DNA of 64,000 bases from Candidatus Latescibacterota bacterium (GCA_965204745.1 OZ242010.1:2016001-2080000), one strand, 5' to 3'. Counted from the first letter of the stretch, positions 28,632 to 38,802 are shown. Notes: generated by a model not told the origin, from the letters alone. Made by a program: numbers and translations.

Positions 28632-30551
28632 TTAATCCGCGATCCGGATTGTCCATGCGCCGCGGGGTTTGGGATTTTTGACCGTCAGCACGATTCTTCT
28701 CAACACATCGCCCCAGATGGCGTTGAGGCGGGGGTCTTTGATGGGGATGGTTTCGATAGCAATGTCGAACACATCCGCGTCGCAGTGCAAGTGCGCGGTG
28801 CCGGACACGCGGCCACCTGCCAGTTCTGCTTGGTTCAAGGCGAGCGTGCCATTGCCGCGGTCTTCAACCGTGCAGGCGGTCAACACATGCATGACGAGAT
28901 CGCCGGTGATGGCTTTTAGTGCGTATTGGTCCGTGATGGTCACGCCTTCGCCACGCTCCAAGGTGACGGTTCTGACCCACGAGTCGATCTGCGCTTCGGG
29001 CGGGTACGCTTGGGCGATGTCCAGCGTCATAGTGGCTGTTGCATCGTTTGCACCATGCGACACATCCCGTGCGGCAATGTCGTAGTGATAGTCGATCCCG
29101 GCGTCGGAATACACCCGCCCGGGCATCTGCATGTGTCCGTTCACCGTGGGCAAGGTGTGGTATTGGGATTGCATGGTCCAAATCTCATACCGCTCGCTGC
29201 TGAACGTCTTGGCCGTGTACGTCTCCACGCCGGCGTCCACGATCACGGGTTTGCCATCGACATAGACCACCACTTGCCCGATGTCATTGTGGTTGTGGCT
29301 CTCGGCATTGTGCCCGCCCTTCGCGCCCACGAAAAACCCATCGGACGACCCGGCGCGGTCACGCGCGACAAACACCTCGATTTCATCCAAAAACACATCG
29401 CGCGGCAATGGGGTCGCGGCCTTTGCGTCGAGGATTTCATCGAGCGAAAACAGCGCGGGCAATGCGCGGCCCATGCTCCCAAACGCTTCGGTGATGCCCT
29501 TCTCGGCGGCGCCTTGTCGGCGTGCGGCCCACGCGCCCAATGCCATCATGGATTCGTCGCCCACGCGCTTCCCATAGCCATAGACCACGGCAAAGGCGGG
29601 CATCACCACAGGCGACGCGTCGGCAAAGTTGATGAAGTATTGATCGGCAATTTGCACGCGGTAGATGAACTTGCCGATGTTCTGAATCAGCGGCTCGTCG
29701 TACACATCTATCGCGCCGCGGGTCGCGCTGTGCAGCCATTCCAAGCAGTCGTAGAGCGCGGCACCCGCGCGGCCCCAATAGCCCGGGCCCTCGTCGCACC
29801 CGCCATCTTTGGGATAGGGATCGATGAAATGATCCACTGTCTCCATCGCTTTGAACACCGCGGAAACCCGGCGCGCCTCATCGGTTTCCATCAGCAAATT
29901 CGAGGTCAGCCAGTTCGACGCGATCCACGGATTCCAGTTGTTCACGCGCGCCCCCGAATAGCCCATCCAGCCAAAATCCTCGCGTTCCAACAACGGCGTC
30001 AAGATGCGGGATTGAATTTCGCGGGCGATGCGGGGGACGATCAGCGGCGAGACCGAGTCGAGTTGTGGGCCGAGCAAATACGCGGTCCACGCCAGCAACT
30101 CGGAGGTCTCTGCGGCGAAAAGATCGACAATCGGCTCGGCGGTATCGGGCAACCCGCTGCCGGCCTGTTGCACGCCGATGTGCGCGGGCACGCCCCAAAA
30201 GGATTCTTCGCAGATGCACCACACGCCATTTGTAATCTCGTCCAAAAAACGACCCTCGTCCTCCGCGCATTCGGCCAGCACGAGATCGGCCAGGGCAGTG
30301 CGCCGCCCAAAACTCAGGGCTTCGTAGCGCGAGCGATTGCCATTGCGCGCATAATCCAAAAAGCGCGTTGCGGGCACGGGCGGCCAGTCAAAATTCAGGC
30401 GGTCTTCCCCGCGTGCGATTTGCGCTTGCCGAACGCGCTCGGGCAACGCCTCCCACGCATCGCGCCTAGACGCGGTCGGAAAGGGCCGCCAGTCAGCGCG
30501 GGGAATCAAAACATCGCGCACCCTGGCTTTGGAATAGAGTTGTGAAAGCAT
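28632..30551 (-). CDS. Heparinase II/III family protein
   Basis: NNWNPW, DGGCDEGPGYW, HNHNDIG, QSQYH. Confidence 0.85.
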   Translation of the reverse strand: MLSQLYSKARVRDVLIPRADWRPFPTASRRDAWEALPERVRQAQIARGEDRLNFDWPPVPATRFLDYARNGNRSRYEALSFGRRTALADLVLAECAEDEGRFLDEITNGVWCICEESFWGVPAHIGVQQAGSGLPDTAEPIVDLFAAETSELLAWTAYLLGPQLDSVSPLIVPRIAREIQSRILTPLLEREDFGWMGYSGARVNNWNPWIASNWLTSNLLMETDEARRVSAVFKAMETVDHFIDPYPKDGGCDEGPGYWGRAGAALYDCLEWLHSATRGAIDVYDEPLIQNIGKFIYRVQIADQYFINFADASPVVMPAFAVVYGYGKRVGDESMMALGAWAARRQGAAEKGITEAFGSMGRALPALFSLDEILDAKAATPLPRDVFLDEIEVFVARDRAGSSDGFFVGAKGGHNAESHNHNDIGQVVVYVDGKPVIVDAGVETYTAKTFSSERYEIWTMQSQYHTLPTVNGHMQMPGRVYSDAGIDYHYDIAARDVSHGANDATATMTLDIAQAYPPEAQIDSWVRTVTLERGEGVTITDQYALKAITGDLVMHVLTACTVEDRGNGTLALNQAELAGGRVSGTAHLHCDADVFDIAIETIPIKDPRLNAIWGDVLRRIVLTVKNPKPRGAWTIRIAD

Positions 30552-30605
30552 GATCTTCTCCTTATTTTTTTAGCATCTACCACGACATCACGCGAAGGGA
30601 ACGCC

Positions 30606-31589
30606 ATGGCACTTCGGATCGCACAAATCGGCTCTGACGGACATCAGAACATGGTGCTCGACGGCATCGCGCAGATTTCAGACGCGCAGTTGGTCGCGTG
30701 TGCAAAGGGACAGGCAGAGGATGCGTTGGACGCGGTCAAAAAGCACGTTGGCGCGCACACCCGCATCTATGACGATTATCGCGAGATGCTCGACTCGGAG
30801 GACATCGATCTGGTCGGCATTTGCCGGCCGTATTCGCTCAACGCCGAAGCGTCGATAGCCGCTGCACGGCGCGGGATCGACATCGTCAGCGAAAAACCGG
30901 TGGCGACCACATTGGCGGATTTGGACGCACTCGAAACCGCAGTCAAAGACAACGGCATTCGCCTCACCGCCATGTTTGGGACGCGCCTATCGCCCGCTTT
31001 TCGGGCGGCACACCGAGCCGTGCGAGAGGGGCTGATCGGCGAACCCATTTTGGCAACCGCGCAAAAATCCTACCGCTTTGGCACGCGCGCTGACTTTTTC
31101 AAACAGCGAGAAACTTATGGCGGGACAATCCCATGGGTCGCAATCCACGCGGTGGACTACACGCGCTGGGCGAGCGGGCAGGAATACTCACAAGTCGCCG
31201 CGCTACACGGCAACCTCGCGCATCCGGACTATCCGGGGTGCGAAGATCACGGTGGCCTTCTCTTTCGCTTTGCCAATGGCGGCACCGCCGCGATCCACTT
31301 TGATTATTTGCGCCCCGGCACTGCGCCCACGCACGGCGACGACCGCCTCCGCATCGCCGGTTCAAAAGGCGTCATCGAAGTGATCCATGACCGCGCTCAC
31401 CTGATCCGCTCGGGCCATGCCCCCTGCGATTTGCCCTTGGGGATCGAGGAGAATTTTCTCGTCAATCTCTACGCCGAGCGCACGGGCAAATCCCCCCACA
31501 TTATCGGCCCTGACGAAGCCATTCACGTCACGCGCATCTGCCTCTACGCCCGCGAAGCCGCGGACACGGGGAAGGTGGTGGCGTTGTGA
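30606..31589 (+). CDS. Gfo/Idh/MocA family oxidoreductase
   Basis: SEKPVA, GGTI..IHAVD. Confidence 0.9.
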   Translation: MALRIAQIGSDGHQNMVLDGIAQISDAQLVACAKGQAEDALDAVKKHVGAHTRIYDDYREMLDSEDIDLVGICRPYSLNAEASIAAARRGIDIVSEKPVATTLADLDALETAVKDNGIRLTAMFGTRLSPAFRAAHRAVREGLIGEPILATAQKSYRFGTRADFFKQRETYGGTIPWVAIHAVDYTRWASGQEYSQVAALHGNLAHPDYPGCEDHGGLLFRFANGGTAAIHFDYLRPGTAPTHGDDRLRIAGSKGVIEVIHDRAHLIRSGHAPCDLPLGIEENFLVNLYAERTGKSPHIIGPDEAIHVTRICLYAREAADTGKVVAL

Positions 31590-31630
31590 TCTCCCCGCCG
31601 CCAAGCGGTCAGTTGTCAGTTGTCAGTTGT

Positions 31631-32618
31631 CAATGCGAATTAAGAGTAGAAAGCGAGTAAGAAGCAAGCCGCGGTCAATCGCCCAAAGACATGAACGAGT
31701 AAGCCCTCATAGGATCGTACCCGAGACGCCATCGAGATGTTCGTCTTTCGTTCAATCCAACTGAACAAGGCCTCTATAGGCTGTCGCATGCTCGAAACCG
31801 CCCGAGAAAAGTCTTTTTCGGCCTCGGTCAGGCTTTCTTGCCCCTTTTTTCGCTTCACCGGCGTCTCGAAGATCAGGTTCTGCTGTTTGCTAAGCGTGTC
31901 TTTTAAGGGCTGATCGGCGTAGATTTTATCGCCGTAGAGGTGTCCATCACGCAAAACGGGTAAGACATGTCGCAAAGCAGTCAGGTCATGCTCTGCTGCA
32001 CCTGTCAAGCCGAAGTACTCTGCTTTCGGGAGGCCATTCTCGCGGTCTTGTGCGACCATGTGCAGTTTGGTGCCGTAATACCACATCTTTTTGGAAGCGC
32101 AGCGGCCTTTGTTGGCCAGTTGTTCTTCAGCCACACATGCCTGACCGCTACGTGCCGATTGTGCCATGACAATCGGCATGGAATCCACCAAGTAGGTGTG
32201 TTCAGAGACATCGGTTGCGGGACTATCCTTTTGGATTTGTTCAATCAATGGGGCGAAGACCACACACAAGCGGTTCAACCGCTGGATATAGCCTGCATAA
32301 GTGGGCAGATTGGGAAACCAGTCGAACAAATGATCCTTGGTATAGGTATAAATCGCCTTGATCTGCGTGTGTTGTTGCATGATCCCAAACAAATAGATCG
32401 TCAGCACTTCTTCATCTGTGAAGGTCGGCGTGTCGTTATTACTCATGCGTTCCGTATAAAACCACAGATGCTTTTGGTCATACTGCTGACAAATATAGAC
32501 ATACAAGTGAATGAGTTTATCTTGCCAATCCATCGCGTGCTCCTTCCTTTAAGGGTGAAATGACTGAGCCCTCAAGAAAAGACAAGTACGCGATGGATTC
32601 AACTCTTAATTCGCATTG
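31631..32618 (-). mobile_element. IS982-family insertion sequence
   Basis: 17-bp inverted repeat CAATGCGAATTAAGAGT at both ends; flanked by (CAGTTGT)n. Confidence 0.9.
31640..32533 (-). CDS. IS982-family DDE transposase
   Basis: FTDEEVLT, DSMPI, YYGTKLH, GDKIY, RQPIE. Confidence 0.9.
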   Translation of the reverse strand: MDWQDKLIHLYVYICQQYDQKHLWFYTERMSNNDTPTFTDEEVLTIYLFGIMQQHTQIKAIYTYTKDHLFDWFPNLPTYAGYIQRLNRLCVVFAPLIEQIQKDSPATDVSEHTYLVDSMPIVMAQSARSGQACVAEEQLANKGRCASKKMWYYGTKLHMVAQDRENGLPKAEYFGLTGAAEHDLTALRHVLPVLRDGHLYGDKIYADQPLKDTLSKQQNLIFETPVKRKKGQESLTEAEKDFSRAVSSMRQPIEALFSWIERKTNISMASRVRSYEGLLVHVFGRLTAACFLLAFYS

Positions 32619-32747
32619 TCAGTTGTCAGTTGTCAGTCCACCCAACCCCTCCCAGCGTCACTCTGGCGCACGCGCAAGCATAACGCAAGTAATCCAGTGA
32701 CTGTTGCCTTTTCGCCGCGTGCAGAGTCCCATCCCTCCTTGTTCTTA

Positions 32748-33202
32748 GGTTGTGTTGACATTTCATTTTTTTGACGTTACGCACAGATTAGCAAATGTGT
32801 CGCTTGCCCATTTAAGGCGTTTGGTCCTTTGATGGCTTAGGTTGCTCTGATGGCGTTACGCGAGGGGACCTATCCCCCGGCCCCTTTCCTACGAGGAAAG
32901 GGGAGTAAAGCTCCTTTGATGGCTTCTCGCTCTGGTTGCTCTGATGGCGTTGTGCGAGGGCATAAAGCGATTAAATATCCCTCATCAATCCCCTCGCAAA
33001 ACCCATCCACGTTCCCCCCTTCCTCTAAGGCACAGGCGTAGCCTACAACGAAGCGAAGCGAGTAACGGGGGTTAGGGGGGTAGGTCCCGATAAGGAGCGA
33101 CTATTCCAGTTTCTCAAACCGAGAGCATAGTCTGCGATAGAGCTTGATTTTTTCGATAAACCGCTCAAGCCAGGTGCTTTGCTCCTAAATGTCAACACAA
33201 CC
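32748..33202. mobile_element. IS5-derived composite MITE, copy 3 (with nested insert at ~33029-33067)
   Basis: Same TIRs, TA duplication, intergenic. Confidence 0.93.
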
Positions 33203-33238
33203 TAGTAGATTCCCATCCGCGTTCATCCGTGGGTGCTT

Positions 33239-34363
33239 TTACCGCTTCAAGACCGTCGGGTAATCCGTCAGGTTTTCGACGCCGGTTTCCGTGACGAGGA
33301 ACGTGTTTTCCAAGCGGATGCCGCCGTTGAGGGCTTGGGAGTACGCGCCGGGTTCGCAGGAAAAGACCGTGCCGATTTCCAAGATGCCCTCGCGGTCTCG
33401 GTTGAGATCCGGGGGTTCGTGGGCGCGAAGGCCAACGCCGTGTCCCGCGTGGTGGATCAGGCCGATGTCTGACAAGTGGGGGTGTTCGCGGATGCGTGCG
33501 TCTATGGTTTGCCACAGCGCGGTGCCGCGACTGCCGGGTTTGACCAGATTGGGGATGTCCGCCAAAATCGCTTTGAGGTGGTCATACACCGATGCCTGCA
33601 AGTCCGTGGGATCGCCCACGGCAAAGGTTCGGCATAAGTCTGACCAGTAGCCGCGGTACGTGGTTTGCGCGTCGATGATGTAGAGTTCCCCGTCTTGGAT
33701 GGCGCGATCTCGGGCCGGCCCGCCCAGTTGCCCGCATCGGTAATCCCCGCCGTGGTGGATGACCTCGCCTGCTGCGTGGAGGGCGACGCGTTGCCCGGCC
33801 GCGAGTACGTCCAGTTCGTTCACGCCCGGCGCAATGGCGGTTTGCACCCGGTCGTACGCGCACAGGCTAATGTCAATCGCCCGTTGCAAGAGCGCGATTT
33901 CATCTGCGTCCTTTTTCATCTGTTGCGCGATGAGCAGGTCGTCGATGCCGATCCAAGCACTGTCCAAAGCATTGCCCACGGTGTCCGCGAGCAATTTGGG
34001 TAGGGATTCGCATTGCCAGCCCAAGCGCGTAATGCCCCGGCTATCGCGCAATTTTTGGGCCACGACCGCGTTGAGCAACCGCATGGGATCTGGGTTCATG
34101 GTGTAGAGCACATGCGAATCATAGACCACGCGCTCATCCACTGCCGCGTCGCCATCTCCTGTGGATGCGGCCAGCCACGCACTTCCATCGGTTTCCAAGT
34201 AGAGGAGCGCGGGAAAATAAAATGCCGGGTACGCGGACAACAACAAGCCGGTGAAATAGTAAATGTCCCGCGAATCCGTGATGATGGCCGCGTCAATGCC
34301 CTCTGTTGCGAGGGCGTCCCGAAAACGTTGCTGCCGATAGCGACAGCCTTTCAGTGTGAGCAT
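33239..34363 (-). CDS. M24 family (Xaa-Pro) peptidase
   Basis: YWSDLCRT, HAGHGVGLRAHE, EPG.Y, GIRLEN. Confidence 0.92.
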   Translation of the reverse strand: MLTLKGCRYRQQRFRDALATEGIDAAIITDSRDIYYFTGLLLSAYPAFYFPALLYLETDGSAWLAASTGDGDAAVDERVVYDSHVLYTMNPDPMRLLNAVVAQKLRDSRGITRLGWQCESLPKLLADTVGNALDSAWIGIDDLLIAQQMKKDADEIALLQRAIDISLCAYDRVQTAIAPGVNELDVLAAGQRVALHAAGEVIHHGGDYRCGQLGGPARDRAIQDGELYIIDAQTTYRGYWSDLCRTFAVGDPTDLQASVYDHLKAILADIPNLVKPGSRGTALWQTIDARIREHPHLSDIGLIHHAGHGVGLRAHEPPDLNRDREGILEIGTVFSCEPGAYSQALNGGIRLENTFLVTETGVENLTDYPTVLKR

Positions 34364-34381
34364 GAGATATGTCCTTTCCTA

Positions 34382-34683
34382 AATCGCTGGGTATGAGAGC
34401 CGATCTGTCATCGCGGATAAGGGCTATGATTCACAAGCGTTTCTGGACGTCTTCTCTCACCATGGACAGGTTGCCGTGATGTAGCCCCGGTCTTATCGCA
34501 AGACCCCGCGTAACTATGATCGCCACCGGGTATAAGCAACGCAATTTGATTGAGCGGTTGATTGAAAAAATGAAGCCGTATCGCAGGATATTCGCTCGCT
34601 TTGAGAAACTCAGCACGAGTTACCGAGGCTTTCTCGCTTTTGCGGCCACGCTCATCGCTCTAAAACAAAATGTCAACAGAACC
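34382..34683 (+). pseudogene. Truncated, decayed 3' fragment of the IS5 element
   Basis: Matches the reverse complement of ~44906-45206 including one TIR + TA; contains a stop and an indel. Confidence 0.9.
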
Positions 34684-34689
34684 TACTGA

Positions 34690-35328
34690 CTACTCCCCCA
34701 AATGCCCATTCCCGCGGGTGCGGCGTTTGACTTCGCGGAGGGTGGCGAGCGAATGTTCCAGCGAGTCGGACATGATGGCGAGGCGTTCGTTGGACGACGT
34801 GCTTTCCAGCAGGGCTTGTTGTTCGTCGATAGACAAGTTGAGATTGCCGGCCAGAACCAAGTTGAGATTGGCGGTCAGAACGTAGGCGAGGTCTTCCGGA
34901 TCCACATCGGGGATGAGGGCCGAGTGCCAGCCGGACGCGAGTTTCAAGGCTTCGGCATAGAGTGCTTTCGCGCGATTGTCCAAGTCGAGGTCAACCTCTT
35001 CGTCTTCGTCCTCCACATCTTCCACAAAGCCCGAGATATAGGGATGGATCTCGAATTGTTGCATCACGCAAAAGCGTCTCGTGCCCTCGATCAAAATGTT
35101 CATGCGCCCATCGGAAAACCGGTTGATCAGGCCGATCACGCGCGCCGCGCACCCGATGTCCTCAAAATCGTCGTCCGCGCCGCGCACGATCCCAAACTCG
35201 GTGTCGTCGGCCATGCATTCGCCGATCAGTTGCTTGTATCGCTCCTCAAAAATGTGCAGGGGCACGCGGCGATAGGGCAACAACACCATGTCGAGCGGAA
35301 ACAGGGGAAGTTCGGTTGGAAGTGCCAT
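34690..35328 (-). CDS. LON peptidase substrate-binding domain protein
   Basis: LPLFPL, PLHIFEERY, DGRMNI..G..RF. Confidence 0.9.
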   Translation of the reverse strand: MALPTELPLFPLDMVLLPYRRVPLHIFEERYKQLIGECMADDTEFGIVRGADDDFEDIGCAARVIGLINRFSDGRMNILIEGTRRFCVMQQFEIHPYISGFVEDVEDEDEEVDLDLDNRAKALYAEALKLASGWHSALIPDVDPEDLAYVLTANLNLVLAGNLNLSIDEQQALLESTSSNERLAIMSDSLEHSLATLREVKRRTRGNGHLGE

Positions 35329-35337
35329 GGCAGCCGC

Positions 35338-36234
35338 TTAGAGGAGGGGTTTTTGAACGCCGTTCAAGAGAATGTCGAGCAGGCGTTCGGTGGCGATAGA
35401 CAAACTGCGGCCCTTGCGAAAGAGAATGCCCAAGGGCCGGTCGAAATCCCGATTCGCGAAGTGCAGGCACGCGAGGGTCTTGCGGTTGACCTCTTGTTCG
35501 ACGGCGTTGAGCGGCAGGATTGAAATGCCGATATCGACCTCGACCGCGTGTTTGATGGTGGCGATGTGGTCGAGTTCCATCACGATGTTGGGGCGCACGC
35601 GGTGCTTTTTGAAGAACAGGTCGATGGCGCGCCGAGTCGGGGTTTCGGGCGTGAAGAGCACGAGCGGGTACTTGTCGAGTTCTTTCGGGGACAAGGTGTC
35701 GCGACCAGCCAATTTGTGGTCGGGATGCATGACTGCGACCATCTCGTCTTGCGTGAAGGGGAGCACGTCCACCTTGCGCTGGGTGCGCGGATAGGGCACG
35801 ATGCCCAAATCCACTTCGCCATTGCCCACGTCTTCGTAAATTTTCTGCACTTGATCGTATTGCAAGCGGAAATTGACCCGGGGAAAGGCTTTGAGATAGT
35901 TTTTGAGAAAGGGCGCGAGTTCGAGCATGCCCACGCTGTAAATGGACGCCAAGCGCACAGTGCCCGAAACGACCCCGTCCATCGCTTGGATGCGGTGTTC
36001 CATTTCCTCGTAGCGTTTGACGATTTCGCGGGCATAGCGGTAGAAAACCTCGCCCTCTGCGGTGAGGGTCAGGCGCCGTTTTTCGCGCTCGATGAGTTGC
36101 TTGGACTGCCGCTTTTCAATGCTCTTGAGTTGCTGGCTAATAGCGGATTGCGTAACCGCATTAAGGGCGGCGGTTTTGGAAAAACTCTGCGTTTCAATCA
36201 GGTCGCAGAAAACCTTCAAACTCGTGATCAGCAC
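35338..36234 (-). CDS. LysR family transcriptional regulator
   Basis: SFSKTA..TQSAISQQLK HTH; LTAEG; substrate-binding domain. Confidence 0.95.
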   Translation of the reverse strand: MLITSLKVFCDLIETQSFSKTAALNAVTQSAISQQLKSIEKRQSKQLIEREKRRLTLTAEGEVFYRYAREIVKRYEEMEHRIQAMDGVVSGTVRLASIYSVGMLELAPFLKNYLKAFPRVNFRLQYDQVQKIYEDVGNGEVDLGIVPYPRTQRKVDVLPFTQDEMVAVMHPDHKLAGRDTLSPKELDKYPLVLFTPETPTRRAIDLFFKKHRVRPNIVMELDHIATIKHAVEVDIGISILPLNAVEQEVNRKTLACLHFANRDFDRPLGILFRKGRSLSIATERLLDILLNGVQKPLL

Positions 36235-36340
36235 GGGAACCTCTCCTGTTAAAGTATAAGCAGATGTGAATTTCGGAGAGAAATCTATAAGAGAGTTGAA
36301 ACTATGTCAACAGAAAATCTGGAACGGGTGAAGCAGCCAT

Positions 36341-36477
36341 AGGTAAGAGGTGAGAGGCGAGAGGCAAGAGGCAAGAGGTGAGAGGCAAGAGGCAAGAGGC
36401 AAGATGGGATTTTAGCCACGAGCGGGGTACAACTGGCGATAGCCAGTTCAAAGGCGAGCAGTGTAGGGGCGATCACC
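36341..36477 (+). repeat. Purine heptamer array + GGGATTTTAGCCAC + partial REP
   Basis: About nine GAGGCAA/GAGGTGA-type units; same linker as at 9574-9680. Confidence 0.8.
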
Positions 36478-36501
36478 CAAAGAGACAAGAGACCAACAGC
36501 C

Positions 36502-37034
36502 AAAAGCCTGTACCGAAAACGGTGCAGGCTTTAGCCCTCCAAACTTTTTTTGCATTTTCGTATTTTTGTTGCAACTTTTTCTTGCTTGCTTGCGTCTTGC
36601 GTCGTGTATCCAAAAGCAGTGCGCTCTTTGTATTTGTCTCATTCCGCCGATGGCAAAGCACGGCTTTGGATACAACCATCGGCGGTTTTTTGTGCGTATC
36701 AACATGGGCTACCGGACATTCAAATTCAAAATGTACGACAACGCAAAGCGCAATGCGTTTTTGCAAGCGCGTATCTCTGCGTTTGCAAGTCCGTATAACG
36801 CTTGCGGTACGGTCAAGCATGACTTGCAACTGCGTGACCGTGTGTTCAAGTGCAACTGCGGTTGGATGTGTGACCGAGACTTGAACGCCGCGTACAATAT
36901 CCATGAGGTTGGGAAGACGACCTTTGCAGGAGAGACCGTAAGACGCCTGTCCGCATGAAGGCGCAGTCTTGTCGATAGCACAACCTACGCTGAAGGGGAT
37001 CTGATGCCCCGATGCTTCTGCGCGGGGTTCTTCA
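36502..37034 (+). mobile_element. Non-autonomous IS200/IS605-like element with mini-tnpB
   Basis: Left hairpin aaagcctgtaccg-aaaa-cggtgcaggcttt; right hairpin ccccg..cgggg then TTCA; ends approximate. Confidence 0.7.
36704..36958 (+). pseudogene. tnpB: Internally deleted tnpB (84 aa)
   Basis: N-terminal YRTFKFKMY joined to zinc ribbon (ACG..FKCNCG) and DRDLNAAYNI. Confidence 0.85.
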
Positions 37035-37099
37035 TTCACGGCTTCAAATCCCTTTTCTACGATGCCTTCGAGCTTTGCCAATCGCTCATCAACAGTCAT
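37035..37099 (-). pseudogene. 5' stub of a small coiled-coil gene interrupted by the tnpB element
   Basis: AAGGAGG SD + MTVDERLAKLEGIVEKGFEAVN running into the element end. Confidence 0.55.
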
Positions 37100-37335
37100 A
37101 ACGCGCCTCCTTTGTGGGCTTTGGTTGATGGTTGAACCTTTTAGAATTATTGACGAATAATACGCCATTGCCACCTGTTCCGCAATTCCCATGTCGAAAT
37201 ATTTTTTGCGGTTGAACGAAATGAAAAAAGCGTCGTGTCTTGCGTATTGTGGCTATGTTCGTTATACTCATGGGAATTGATTTTGGCTACTTAACTCGTC
37301 CAAAGGCTGTATTGCCATTGTCTCTGGGGAAACGC

Positions 37336-37932
37336 ATGGCTATGGAAATGATGGATCCCGATCCGCTCGTTCAGTTTGAAACGTGGTTTGAAGAGGCGAA
37401 AGTTTCGGAATTGACCTTGCCAGAAGCCGTGGCTTTGGCAACGGCAACGCGCGATGGGCAACCTTCGGTTCGCATGGTGCTGGTGAAACAATACGACCGG
37501 GATGGGTTTGTGTTTTTTACGAATCGGGAGAGTCGCAAGGCCGATGAATTGGCGGCGAATCCCCGCGCGGCTTTGGTGTACCACTGGAAGTCATTGGGCC
37601 GGCAGGTTCGCATCGAGGGAAGCGTTGAACCCGTTTCAGACGACGTGTCCAAAGCGTATTTTGATTCGCGGCCGCGCCGCAGCCGCTTGAGTGCGTGGGC
37701 GTCGCCGCAAAGCAAAGCAATTTCAGACCGAGAATTTTTGGAAAATCGCATGGCAGAACTGGCGCGGAAATACCCGGGGGACGATGTACCATTGCCGCCG
37801 TTTTGGGGAGGCTACCGGGTGATTCCCGAGCAATTTGAATTTTGGATAAGCATAGAAGATCGCTTGCACGATAGGTTTTTGTACGTGCGGCAAAGCGATG
37901 GCGAGTGGACGCACGCGCTGCTGGCTCCGTAG
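37336..37932 (+). CDS. pdxH: Pyridoxamine 5'-phosphate oxidase
   Basis: RMVLVK, SRK, RQVRIEG, EFW....RLHDR, LAP end. Confidence 0.96.
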   Translation: MAMEMMDPDPLVQFETWFEEAKVSELTLPEAVALATATRDGQPSVRMVLVKQYDRDGFVFFTNRESRKADELAANPRAALVYHWKSLGRQVRIEGSVEPVSDDVSKAYFDSRPRRSRLSAWASPQSKAISDREFLENRMAELARKYPGDDVPLPPFWGGYRVIPEQFEFWISIEDRLHDRFLYVRQSDGEWTHALLAP

Positions 37933-37937
37933 GCGCG

Positions 37938-38007
37938 TTTAGCCACAAAAAGCACAAAAAGCACAAAAAGCATAAAGCACAAAGGGGCTACGCCTCCATG
38001 CTCGGCG
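37938..38007 (+). repeat. 9-mer (CACAAAAAG) array + degenerate REP
   Basis: tttagccacaaaaagcacaaaaagcacaaaaagc.. directly after the pdxH stop. Confidence 0.75.
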
Positions 38008-38037
38008 GCGGGCTCCGTAGAATTGTCGAGGAGTGCT

Positions 38038-38802
38038 ATGACCAAACTCAGTGTCAATTTGAACCGGGTCGCGCTGTTGCGAAACAGCCGCCCGCTCACC
38101 ATGCCCAGCGTCACACAGGCGGCGCAGGTGTGCATGGATGCGGGCGCGCACGGGATTACCGTGCATCCCCGGCCGGACGAGCGGCACATTCGCAAGACCG
38201 ATGTTTATGAACTCAAAGAGGTGATTTCCGGGGTGGAATACAATATCGAAGGCAACCCCTTTCCCGAGTTTATGGAGATGGTGCGCGATGTGCGCCCGGA
38301 CCAATGCACGCTGGTGCCCGATGAACCCCATCAGCGCACGTCCGACCACGGTTGGGATTTGCAACGCGATGGCGCAAGGCTCAAACCGATTGTCGCGGAA
38401 TTGAAAGACCGGGGCATTCGGGTTTCCCTGTTTATGGATCCGGAACCGGAAAACATGGCTCTGGCAAAAGCACTCGGTGCGGACCGCGTCGAACTCTACA
38501 CGGAGTTTTATGCGTCTGCATTTGCCAGCGGCGATGTGGGCCGCGTTTTTCGGCAATACGCCGAGGCCGCACGCACGGCGCAGGATGTAGGGTTGGGGGT
38601 CAATGCCGGGCACGATCTCAATCTCGATAACTTGGGCGAGTTTGTGACCATTCCCAATATTCTCGAGGTGTCCATTGGTCACGCGCTGATCGCAGATGCT
38701 GTTTTCTTGGGCTTGGAGAGTACGGTGAAGGCGTATTTGGCGGTGTTGGGGGTCGGCAAAACGGGCGTCTGTAAGGACGGATGGGTGAGGGCTGAACGCT
38801 GA
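38038..38802 (+). CDS. pdxJ: Pyridoxine 5'-phosphate synthase
   Basis: LSVNLN, ITVHPRPDERHI, VELYT, NAGHDL, EVSIGHAL. Confidence 0.97.
   Translation: MTKLSVNLNRVALLRNSRPLTMPSVTQAAQVCMDAGAHGITVHPRPDERHIRKTDVYELKEVISGVEYNIEGNPFPEFMEMVRDVRPDQCTLVPDEPHQRTSDHGWDLQRDGARLKPIVAELKDRGIRVSLFMDPEPENMALAKALGADRVELYTEFYASAFASGDVGRVFRQYAEAARTAQDVGLGVNAGHDLNLDNLGEFVTIPNILEVSIGHALIADAVFLGLESTVKAYLAVLGVGKTGVCKDGWVRAER

Noticed and set aside
36304-36314. ATGTCAACAGA resembling the IS5 TIR
   Set aside because: Lacks the terminal ACC-TA and has no partner end.
36473-37192. 239 aa minus-strand ORF
   Set aside because: Chimera of a gene stub and the antisense strand of the tnpB element.
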